Assembly (NCBI GenBank): GCA_041675205.1
Contig: JBAYUF010000001.1
Location: 20,863-84,862, forward strand
Reading direction: 5' to 3'
DNA length: 64,000 nt
DNA from: Patescibacteria group bacterium
Lineage (GTDB): Bacteria > Patescibacteriota > Patescibacteriia > GWA2-46-9
Shown here in pieces: positions 56,181 through 64,000 of this stretch. A program made the translations under genes and the position numbers. Position 1 is the first letter of the stretch, and every line of letters starts with the position of its first letter. Below the pieces are notes generated by a model. The model ran no database searches. It saw only the letters and a program-made list of their open reading frames with translations, and was not told where the DNA came from.

Positions 56181-58820
56181 ATGCAAGATACGAAACATAT
56201 TGCCTGGCATGCTGAGCCGGTTCGATTAGTGCTTGAACATTTTAATGTAGTGCCAGCGACCGGCTTACCAGTCGGGGCGGTTTCAAAACAGCGGTTGGTC
56301 GATGGTATGAATGAGTTGCCATTTCGTTCTGGCCCACGATGGTGGCAACTTGCCCTCCATCAGCTGACGAGCCCGCTCATTTTTATTTTATTATTGGCCG
56401 CTATTTTGACGGCATGGCTCGGCGAGACGGTTGATACAACCGTCATTCTCACCGTTGTTACTATCAATGCCGCCATTGGTTTTTTCCAAGAGTATCGATC
56501 ACAGCGAATGATGGAAGCGCTGCGACGAATCGTTCGCGTGACGACGATTGTTTTGCGCGATGGTACGCCGAAGCAGGTAGATGCGAGTGAGCTTGTGTGC
56601 GGGGATATCGTACTTTTGAAGACGGGGAGCAAGGTGCCAGCTGACGTTCGTCTTATTGAGACTACGGACTTTGCCGTAAATGAGGCACTGCTGACAGGTG
56701 AATCCGTTGCCGTGAAGAAACATACCGACCCAGTTGTTGAAGCGGCTGTTTTGGCAGACAGAACCAGCATGGTATGGATGGGAACAACCGTCGAACGCGG
56801 CGCAGCTAGTGGTGTTGTGGTGGCTACGGGATTGTTAACTGAAATGGGCAGAATTGCGGCGCTTTCCTCTTCGGAGGTGAATAGCAAAACACCACTGCAG
56901 CAACGGTTGCAGCAATTGGCTCGTACTATCGGTTGGGTCGTCTTTGCGGTTGGTGGCTTACTCATGGTGCTTGGGGTCATTAACGACATTCCTTTTACCA
57001 TTGCCTTTAAAACCGCTGTGGCTGTGGCAGTTGCTGCAATTCCGGAGGGCCTGGTGGCAGCACTCTCCGTTGTATTGGCCGTTGCGACGACGCGTATTTT
57101 GCGACAGCGCGGTCTTGTACGAACACCGTTGGCTGCTGAAACCTTGGGTTCTACAACGGTCGTGTGCACAGACAAGACCGGAACATTGACGGAAGGCATA
57201 ATGCAAGTACAAAGCGCCCATATTGTAGGTTCAAATACAGTGCCGCTTCTTACTTTGGCACTTGCGAACGAAGCCGTTATTGAACAGCAAGAAGTCGGTA
57301 CGGTTATTCGTGGTGAATCGACAGATCAAGCAAAACTGAATTACGCAATTTCTCAAAATAGTGAATTGACGAATGCACGATTACACTATCTTGAGCAATT
57401 TTTTTTACCTTTTGATTCAACCGCTAAATACATTGCCACGTTTGTGACTGATCCGGCTGACCCTGGTGTTTTGCGGATACTTGTTTGTGGGGCACCCGAA
57501 GTACTGCTCGCTTCGTCATCGGTACTTGGAAACGGTGAGGTATTAGGTACTTCTCAGCAGATTTCATTAAAAGCCGAGCACGATACGCTTGCGAGAAAAG
57601 GGTTGCGGGTAATCGCAGTCGCTGACCGTACAGTTTCGATCAAAGAAGCGCCTCATGACATTGCGGCCGCACGTGTGCTGATTCACGACTTAACGTTCCG
57701 TGGGGTATATACGTTGGCTGACCCAATTCGGTCAGACGTTATCGAGACATTACAAGAAACACGGGCTGCTGGACTGCGAGTGGTCATGGTGACTGGAGAT
57801 CATCTCCTTACCGCCAGTGCGATTGGTGCAACTTTAGGGTTTCGAACAGCGCATGAGTTTATTGCCGATGGATTATATCTTGATACGTTGGATGATGACG
57901 CATTGCGTCGTGCGGTGTCTCGCATTGAAATTTATTGCCGCGTTACACCAGAGCATAAAATGCGAATCGTGCAGGCTTTTCTGGCAAATGGCGAATCAGT
58001 CGCCATGACCGGGGACGGCATCAATGATGCCCCTGCATTACGTGCGGCGGATATTGGTATCGCCACAGTTTCCGCGACGGACGTAACAAAGGAGGCGGCT
58101 GACCTCGTGCTGCTTACGAATGGACTGGGTACGATTGCCGCGGCCATTCGTGAAGGGCGAATTGCTTTTGATAATATCAAGAAGGTGGCACTGTTTCTTT
58201 TTTCGGCGTCGTTTACTGAGCTTATCTTGATTTTAGCCGCAATTTTCGTTGCTGCACCACTACCACTAACGCCCGTCATGATTCTTTGGGCAAATGTTAT
58301 TCAGGATGGGCTGCCGACTTTTTCATTGGCGTTTGAGCGAGGCGAACAGGATGTTATGCGTCGTCCACCCGTGCCTCGTCGTGCGCCAATCTTAGATTCT
58401 GACGGTCGTATTATCATATTCGGCACTGCGGTTATTCGCGACGGGCTGCTGGTTGGCGTCTACTTCTTCTTTCTTTGGGGGTTGTCGTATCCCTTACTGT
58501 ACGCCCAGACGATCATGTTTGCCGCTATTGCCATTAATCCACTCCTGTATATTTTTGCTCTGCGCTCTTTCCGCCAACCCATTTGGCGGACGGGCCTCCG
58601 GGGTAATTGGTTCCTATTGGTGGCGAGCGCATTCGGTCTGCTTCTGGCTGGCGTTGCCATCTATCATCCTCTGTTCCAGCGTTATCTTGGTACAACAGCG
58701 CTTCTGCCACGTCATCTCGGTGTCATCCTTGTAGTTGCACTTTTTAATGTCGTGGTGATTGAACTTGTAAAGTACGTCGCTCGTAATCGCACCAATCCGT
58801 TGCGCACGGCAAGTGCCTAG
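56181..58820 (+). CDS. P-type cation-transporting ATPase (type II, Ca2+/Mg2+-like)
   Basis: CTDKTGTLTEG phosphorylation motif, TGDH, MTGDGINDAPAL, and 10 TM helices; 879 aa. Confidence 0.9.
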   Translation: MQDTKHIAWHAEPVRLVLEHFNVVPATGLPVGAVSKQRLVDGMNELPFRSGPRWWQLALHQLTSPLIFILLLAAILTAWLGETVDTTVILTVVTINAAIGFFQEYRSQRMMEALRRIVRVTTIVLRDGTPKQVDASELVCGDIVLLKTGSKVPADVRLIETTDFAVNEALLTGESVAVKKHTDPVVEAAVLADRTSMVWMGTTVERGAASGVVVATGLLTEMGRIAALSSSEVNSKTPLQQRLQQLARTIGWVVFAVGGLLMVLGVINDIPFTIAFKTAVAVAVAAIPEGLVAALSVVLAVATTRILRQRGLVRTPLAAETLGSTTVVCTDKTGTLTEGIMQVQSAHIVGSNTVPLLTLALANEAVIEQQEVGTVIRGESTDQAKLNYAISQNSELTNARLHYLEQFFLPFDSTAKYIATFVTDPADPGVLRILVCGAPEVLLASSSVLGNGEVLGTSQQISLKAEHDTLARKGLRVIAVADRTVSIKEAPHDIAAARVLIHDLTFRGVYTLADPIRSDVIETLQETRAAGLRVVMVTGDHLLTASAIGATLGFRTAHEFIADGLYLDTLDDDALRRAVSRIEIYCRVTPEHKMRIVQAFLANGESVAMTGDGINDAPALRAADIGIATVSATDVTKEAADLVLLTNGLGTIAAAIREGRIAFDNIKKVALFLFSASFTELILILAAIFVAAPLPLTPVMILWANVIQDGLPTFSLAFERGEQDVMRRPPVPRRAPILDSDGRIIIFGTAVIRDGLLVGVYFFFLWGLSYPLLYAQTIMFAAIAINPLLYIFALRSFRQPIWRTGLRGNWFLLVASAFGLLLAGVAIYHPLFQRYLGTTALLPRHLGVILVVALFNVVVIELVKYVARNRTNPLRTASA

Positions 58821-60073
58821 AGTCCACCAACAAACTCTTCGAACGTTGTTTCCTTTTGAGGAATTTTTTCAGCCGATAATGGTAGGGTAAAAATCATTCG
58901 AGTTCCTTTTCCTTCGTCTGACTCGGCATGGATGTCGCCGCCGTGGTTCTTGACGATGTTTTTCACAATGAAAAGTCCTAAGCCAGAACCCTCTGTTTGC
59001 ATTCGCACGACGTTGTCACCTCGAAAGAATTTGGTGAAAAGTCGATGCATCTGGTGTTTCGGAACCCCAACGCCGTGGTCTTCAATCGTAATCTCCGCAT
59101 GATCGGTATACTTCTTTACGCGGACATCAATTAATCCGCCCGGCTGAGAGTATTTGATTGCGTTCTCAATGAGGTTTTGCAGTACGAGCTCCATTTTTGC
59201 TGGATCAATCTGTAGGGGCGGGAGGGTGAAGTTCGGCTTGTCGTAGGCAAGGCTTACCCCGTGCGCGGCTGCCTCAACACGGAACCGCTCAATAGCCTTT
59301 TCGAGGTAGTCGAGCATATCAGTTGCTTGGAAAACATAACCGAAACGTCCTTCTTCAATACGGGCGACGTTGAGTAGATCACCAACGAGCCGAATCATTC
59401 GCTCATTTACTTTGTATCCACGATCGAGAAAGTCACGCTGTTCTTGACTAAGTGGGCCAATATCTCCATCACCGAGCATTTTCATTGTCCATTTTACTGC
59501 TGACAGTGGGGTGCGCAATTGGTGAGCCGCAATCGAGATGAATTCTGATTTCATTTGGCTAATGAGCTGTTCGCGTCGACGTTGGACTTCCAGTCGATCA
59601 ATCATGACGTTAAAGGCCTCGGTTAATTCAGCGATTTCATCTCGCGACGTCGGCTTTAGTCGATACTGCAGATCGCCCTCACCAACCAGGTGCGTCAGAC
59701 GGACGAGTCGTTTGAGTGGGCGAACGAGAGAAGCAGAAATAATACTTCCAGCAAAAATGACCATAATAACCACAAGCACCAGAATAAGTATGTTCTGGGC
59801 CAAGAGTACTTGTTCGATTTGGCTGACACTGCTCTCTGGCAAGAATTGGCGAATGGAGCTTTGGTAGATGGTAACGGTTAACCCCGCAGAAATTGCGATT
59901 GGTGTTACCGATAGCATGAAAAAAGTTATGAGGATGCGCAAAAAAACAGAGCGTCGGCTCACGCCGAGCGTTGGCGTTGCCGGTAGTTTGGGCAGCGGTA
60001 CTTCTGCGCTCAGGTCAACCGTGAACGGGTTTTTTAGTGCTTCCGTTTTTGGTATCACTTCATTGGTTGGCAT
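58817..60073 (-). CDS. Sensor histidine kinase (2 TM, HAMP, HisKA, HATPase_c)
   Basis: H-box SIAAHQLRTPLSAV. N, G1 and G2 boxes (NLIENAIKYS, DHGVGV, GSGLGLFIVKNIV). No response regulator gene in the window. Confidence 0.9.
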   Translation of the reverse strand: MPTNEVIPKTEALKNPFTVDLSAEVPLPKLPATPTLGVSRRSVFLRILITFFMLSVTPIAISAGLTVTIYQSSIRQFLPESSVSQIEQVLLAQNILILVLVVIMVIFAGSIISASLVRPLKRLVRLTHLVGEGDLQYRLKPTSRDEIAELTEAFNVMIDRLEVQRRREQLISQMKSEFISIAAHQLRTPLSAVKWTMKMLGDGDIGPLSQEQRDFLDRGYKVNERMIRLVGDLLNVARIEEGRFGYVFQATDMLDYLEKAIERFRVEAAAHGVSLAYDKPNFTLPPLQIDPAKMELVLQNLIENAIKYSQPGGLIDVRVKKYTDHAEITIEDHGVGVPKHQMHRLFTKFFRGDNVVRMQTEGSGLGLFIVKNIVKNHGGDIHAESDEGKGTRMIFTLPLSAEKIPQKETTFEEFVGGL

Positions 60074-60821
60074 ATGACCCTTCAGACTGTGTTACAAAAA
60101 GTTGGCTTTCATCCTTCGCCTCGTCATGAGTGATGATAATGTACACAAACAGGAAACCAGCAACGTATAACAGCCGGAAAACAACAAGTGGCCAACTAGT
60201 GATGACTTTTGATTCGTCTATACTGCCCAGGAGTAAGTAAAGCAGTAGAGGAGCAGCTAGCAGTGCTTGATAGACGTCGCCATTTGTTGCCCGGTTTCTT
60301 AAGCGATGAACGATATCATAGATGGCAAGCGCAGCGAGTATTATTACTTCAATGCCGAAAATGCGAAATGAGTATATATTCACCGTTGCCTCGGCAGAAA
60401 AGCTCGTCACGTCATTTAAAGGGATTCCGCCTGGCCGTAACACGAAAGCCAAAGCGGCAATACCCATACAGAACGAAAGTAACGCCGCTATAGTGCTGAA
60501 CAATTGAGAGTTTGTCACTCGTAAAACAAGAAAAGCGAACAAGGCAGGACCACCAAAAAAAACAGATGCTTGCACAAGCATGTCGGCGTAACCAATCCAT
60601 TCCCCAGCGTATCCTAAACCTGCCGCCACATAGCGCACCGCAGAGCAGCCCCACACAAGGGTTGTAAACCACCAGAACCACGTATACGACTCAAGCGCCG
60701 GTGTAGACCAGGTGTGCCGGCGGGTCAAACGTATCGTTAGAGCCAATGATGCTAATGCAACCGTGGCGCTTACAAATGCGTTCACCATTATGCCGATGTT
60801 GACGATAGTCCCTGAAAGCAT
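60060..60821 (-). CDS. Hypothetical 7-TM membrane protein, translationally coupled upstream of the histidine kinase
   Basis: 253 aa, about 7 hydrophobic helices, 14-nt overlap with the kinase start. Confidence 0.5.
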   Translation of the reverse strand: MLSGTIVNIGIMVNAFVSATVALASLALTIRLTRRHTWSTPALESYTWFWWFTTLVWGCSAVRYVAAGLGYAGEWIGYADMLVQASVFFGGPALFAFLVLRVTNSQLFSTIAALLSFCMGIAALAFVLRPGGIPLNDVTSFSAEATVNIYSFRIFGIEVIILAALAIYDIVHRLRNRATNGDVYQALLAAPLLLYLLLGSIDESKVITSWPLVVFRLLYVAGFLFVYIIITHDEAKDESQLFVTQSEGSYANQ

Positions 60822-60939
60822 GAGGAAATTGTACCATAGCTGGCTTAAAATATAGCCGTAGATTCCTCGACGAGACTCTGAGCATTCTTTATACTGACAG
60901 CTAGTTAAGGTGCGCTCGCTTCATACTAGTTAATAACGC

Positions 60940-63147
60940 ATGTACCTCGAGAAATTAGAAATTCAAGGATTTAAAACCTTCGTTCGTAAAACTACCCTTA
61001 CGTTCCCTCAGCCAAAAACTGGTGAGCGTCGTGGCGTTGCTGGAATTGTCGGCCCTAATGGTTCCGGTAAGTCAAACTTTGCCGATGCCTTGCGATGGGT
61101 GATGGGAGAGCAAAGTTTAAAATCTCTACGGGGTAAAAAGTCTGAGGATGTTATTTTTTCTGGAACCGAGAAACTGCCGCGGGTTGGCATGGCCGAGGTG
61201 TCTCTTTTTTTGAATAACGAGGATCGACAAGCGCCAATCGATTTTAGTGAAGTCGTAATTACTCGACGATTGTATAGGAGCGGTGAATCTGACTACCTCA
61301 TTAATAATAAAAAAGTTCGTTTGCAAGATGTCACCCTCCTGCTCGCTGAGGCCAGCTGCGGACAGAAAACCTACAGTATTATAGGGCAGGGTATGGTCGA
61401 CGCCATTTTAATGGCCACACCACTTGAACGGAAGGCCTATTTTGACGAAGCATCTGGTACCCGACCCCTACAGTTAAAACGTGAAGAAGCAGAGCATAAG
61501 TTGCGACAAACTGAAGATAATTTGCGACAGGGCGACGTACTCATTGAGGAAATTGCTCCACGACTTCGTTCATTAACAAGACAGGTTCGAAGATTAGAGC
61601 GGCGGGAGGAGGTTGAAAAAGAACTTATCGAGCTGCGACATCATTTTTATGGTTCCGCCTTGTTCCAGAGTCAGCAAGCTATGCGCAGAAGTGAAGCAGA
61701 GCTGAATGCAGCTGCGGCACTGAGAGAAACAGCCACAAAGACGTTACAAACACTTGAAGAACAATTTGGCACACTGGAACGAACTGTTGGGGACGGCGAA
61801 GGATACCAACGCTTAACAGCCGAGTATCAACGTATTTGGGATGCCCGAGCGGCGGTTAGTGAGAATATTTTACGGTTGAAAAGTCAACTGGCGGCGAGTA
61901 GCGCAGCCGTAAACCAGGCAGTATCGGTGCCAGCATTAACTGAAGTTTACCATGCGCTGGAACGAACGGTGGGTGCTTTACTCGATGCAGTAGAGGGACA
62001 AAAGCAACTAGATAGCGTAGCTATTCAAGCGCACAGCAATTCGCTGCGAGAGCATCTTGTTGTTTTTCGAGGCCATTTATTTGGGGCTACAGAGGACGAT
62101 ACAGAAAACACTACGTTTACTGCTGAATTAGAACAGTTTGAGAATGAGGCCACACATCTCGCTAAGTCGCTTGATGCGGCTCAGCAGCAAATGCAGCAGT
62201 TCCACGAAAAAGAGCGAGAGAAAAATAAAACTATTTTTGACCTCGAACGCAGTGTTCGCACGGCTCGTGAACACGTAAGTGGTTGCGTTGAGAAAGAACA
62301 TGAACATCAAATTACACTCGCTCGATTAAGTGCGACTCGTGAAGCGTTGAATCGAGAAATTGCGGAAGAGTTGAATGGCGCAACACCACGACCCGAGACA
62401 ACACTATTTTCTGAACCAGAGCAAAGTGAGATGCGGCACCGCATGGAGGGGCTAAAGCGCCGCCTGGCAGAAATTGGAACGATAGACGAAGAAACAGCAA
62501 AAGAGTACGAAGAGACAAAGACACGGTTTGAATTTTTAACTGGTGAAGCCGAGGATCTTCGCAAGGCAACGCATGACCTTCGGCGTGTGGTGCGGGAGCT
62601 TGATGAAACGATTGCCCGACAATTTACAGAGTCTTTTCAACGCATCAGCAAAGATTTTGAAAAGTTTTTTACCGTACTTTTTAATGGTGGTACGGCAAAA
62701 TTAGTGGCGGTGGCGGTTGACGACCCTGGGGTGAGCGACGAGGGTGGTATGGACTCGACCGGGTTTGAAGCGTCACGAGAACGAACCGGCATTGATATTC
62801 AGGTGACCCCGCCAGGGAAGCGATTGAAACACATTAGTATGCTTTCGGGTGGTGAACGTGCGCTGACATCTCTCGCGTTAATTTGTGCCATTATCTCTTC
62901 CAATCCATCGCCGTTTGTGGTGCTTGATGAAGTTGATGCTGCGCTTGATGAAGCGAACTCTGTGCGGTTCGCAGAAATCATTGATCAACTTTCTCATCGA
63001 ACGCAGTTTGTCGTTATCACCCATAACCGAGCCTCCATGCATCAGGCAAATATTCTCTATGGCATTACCATGAGTGATGATGGGGCATCAAAAGTACTAT
63101 CATTGAAGCTAGAGGATATTGAACGAACACTGCCCGAGACGGCTTGA
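60940..63147 (+). CDS. smc: SMC-family ATPase, unusually short (735 aa)
   Basis: N-terminus MYLEKLEIQGFKTF and Walker A GPNGSGKSNFADAL. C-terminus LSGGERALTSLALICAI and Walker B/D-loop FVVLDEVDAALD. Long coiled coil in between, with no obvious hinge. Confidence 0.7.
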   Translation: MYLEKLEIQGFKTFVRKTTLTFPQPKTGERRGVAGIVGPNGSGKSNFADALRWVMGEQSLKSLRGKKSEDVIFSGTEKLPRVGMAEVSLFLNNEDRQAPIDFSEVVITRRLYRSGESDYLINNKKVRLQDVTLLLAEASCGQKTYSIIGQGMVDAILMATPLERKAYFDEASGTRPLQLKREEAEHKLRQTEDNLRQGDVLIEEIAPRLRSLTRQVRRLERREEVEKELIELRHHFYGSALFQSQQAMRRSEAELNAAAALRETATKTLQTLEEQFGTLERTVGDGEGYQRLTAEYQRIWDARAAVSENILRLKSQLAASSAAVNQAVSVPALTEVYHALERTVGALLDAVEGQKQLDSVAIQAHSNSLREHLVVFRGHLFGATEDDTENTTFTAELEQFENEATHLAKSLDAAQQQMQQFHEKEREKNKTIFDLERSVRTAREHVSGCVEKEHEHQITLARLSATREALNREIAEELNGATPRPETTLFSEPEQSEMRHRMEGLKRRLAEIGTIDEETAKEYEETKTRFEFLTGEAEDLRKATHDLRRVVRELDETIARQFTESFQRISKDFEKFFTVLFNGGTAKLVAVAVDDPGVSDEGGMDSTGFEASRERTGIDIQVTPPGKRLKHISMLSGGERALTSLALICAIISSNPSPFVVLDEVDAALDEANSVRFAEIIDQLSHRTQFVVITHNRASMHQANILYGITMSDDGASKVLSLKLEDIERTLPETA

Positions 63148-63223
63148 CGTGGCCAGTCTTTTTACCTATACTCAGTCGACGCTCTGAATGGGGCGCAATT
63201 AAATTTACTTTTGTCATTTTGCC

Positions 63224-63649
63224 ATGGTAACTATTCGTTTAAGTCGTGTCGGCAAGCGCAAGCAGCCAACGTACCGATTTGTCGTTCAAGAAAAAGGCCG
63301 AGATCCGTGGGGAAGCCACATTGAAATTGTTGGTCATTGTAACCTGCGCTCTACCCCAACATCGGTAGTATTAAAGACCGATCGTGTGCAGTACTGGCTG
63401 TCGCAGGGAGCGCAACCATCAGATACAGTTTGGAACATGCTTCTTGACCAGAAGCTTGTGACGGGTGACAAGCGGAAGACAGTTGTGGTGAGTAAAAAGA
63501 AGAAGGCCAAGATGGCCGAAGTGGTTGCCAAGGCTGCCGCCGAGAAGAGTAAGGAAGAAGAGAAGGTAAAAGCCGCAGAAGCAGCGAACGCAGCTGAGGC
63601 AACTCCTGAAGTAACTTCTGAAGCCCCAACAGAGCCGGTTGCGGAGTAA
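63224..63649 (+). CDS. rpsP: 30S ribosomal protein S16 with a Lys/Ala/Glu-rich C-terminal extension
   Basis: MVTIRLSRVGKRKQPTYRFVV...GHCNLR, then a 60-aa low-complexity tail. Confidence 0.9.
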   Translation: MVTIRLSRVGKRKQPTYRFVVQEKGRDPWGSHIEIVGHCNLRSTPTSVVLKTDRVQYWLSQGAQPSDTVWNMLLDQKLVTGDKRKTVVVSKKKKAKMAEVVAKAAAEKSKEEEKVKAAEAANAAEATPEVTSEAPTEPVAE

Positions 63650-63676
63650 CAGTTGCTCGTACATTTAAAGGCCAAC

Positions 63677-63709
63677 AAAACCCTCACGAGCGTGAGGGTT
63701 TTGTTATTA
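63677..63709 (+). terminator. Rho-independent terminator after rpsP
   Basis: AAAACCCTCA-cgagcg-TGAGGGTTTT followed by GTTATT. Confidence 0.7.
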
Positions 63710-63837
63710 AGATTCGTTGACAGGCCGTGCGGAGGTTGCTACCTTTCAGCAAAGCCCCATAAGGGGTTCCAGGCTGCAATTAATACCCAAGGTCGACAGT
63801 ACTGGATGTAATGAAGTAAAGATAGTAACTAAAAACA

Positions 63838-64000
63838 ATGGAAAAAGATCAAGAGTTTGTTGAGTATGTTGTTCGTGGTTTAGTGAATAGTCCTGACGAA
63901 GTTCGCACTGAGCGAACCGTTGACGAAATGGGTGTGCTCATTACCGTTTTTGTCGCACAGGACGATAAGCGATATGTGATTGGTCGAAAGGGTCAGAACG
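63838..64000 (+). CDS. KH-domain RNA-binding protein (KhpA/YlqC-like), 3' end truncated by the window edge
   Basis: MEKDQEFVEYVVRGLVNSPDEVRTERTVDEMGVLITVFVAQDDKRYVIGRKGQN, a canonical KH GxxG core, in the conserved position after rpsP. Missing from the ORF track because it runs off the end. Confidence 0.7.
   Translation, partial: MEKDQEFVEYVVRGLVNSPDEVRTERTVDEMGVLITVFVAQDDKRYVIGRKGQN

Noticed and set aside
56360-57199. 279-aa minus-strand ORF
   Set aside because: Antisense to the P-type ATPase gene, with no motifs.

Overview
This 64-kb window reads as a compact bacterial chromosome segment of about 50% GC, roughly 90% coding, with short intergenic gaps and frequent 4-nt start/stop overlaps. 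Core housekeeping genes dominate: ruvB, nfo, tig, yebC-ruvC, an M23/LysM peptidase, rmuC, groES-groEL with a CIRCE operator, tRNA-Cys, polA-holA, rpsT, truB, infB-rbfA-nrnA, clpP, rny, a YmdB-family phosphoesterase, tRNA-His, a P-type ATPase, a sensor kinase, a short SMC-like ATPase, and rpsP followed by a KH-domain gene cut at the window end. Gene content and style (giant low-complexity surface proteins, -10-N6-ATG leaderless starts, no respiratory or biosynthetic genes) suggest a reduced-genome lineage such as CPR/Patescibacteria, but that is inference only. Five accessory regions stand out. (1) 18.7-34.2 kb holds three consecutive giant secreted proteins (1850, about 1875 and 1178 aa) that are T/G/S/A-rich, with internal duplications and near-identical 240-bp tandem repeats. 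(2) A (AGCCATT)x9 microsatellite ends 5 nt before the clpP start codon. (3) A four-helix-bundle (23S-IVS-type) gene lies between rny and the ymdB-like gene, flanked by about 30-bp inverted repeats; a cargo-less copy of the same repeat family sits after ruvB. (4) A 1.1-kb GC-normal, ORF-free region (47.38-48.48 kb) is densely packed with perfect hairpins and is a candidate large structured RNA. (5) An AT-rich island (about 35-40% GC, 48.5-55.2 kb) next to tRNA-His encodes a split rifampin-phosphotransferase/PEP-synthase-like phosphotransfer system. Its components are three diverged tandem paralogs ending in a PEP-utilizing swivel-His domain, a stand-alone PPDK_N ATP-binding protein, and a PGM-like histidine-phosphatase-fold protein. 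Item (5) is the strongest candidate for an undescribed system. Small hand-derived features may be off by 1-2 nt.
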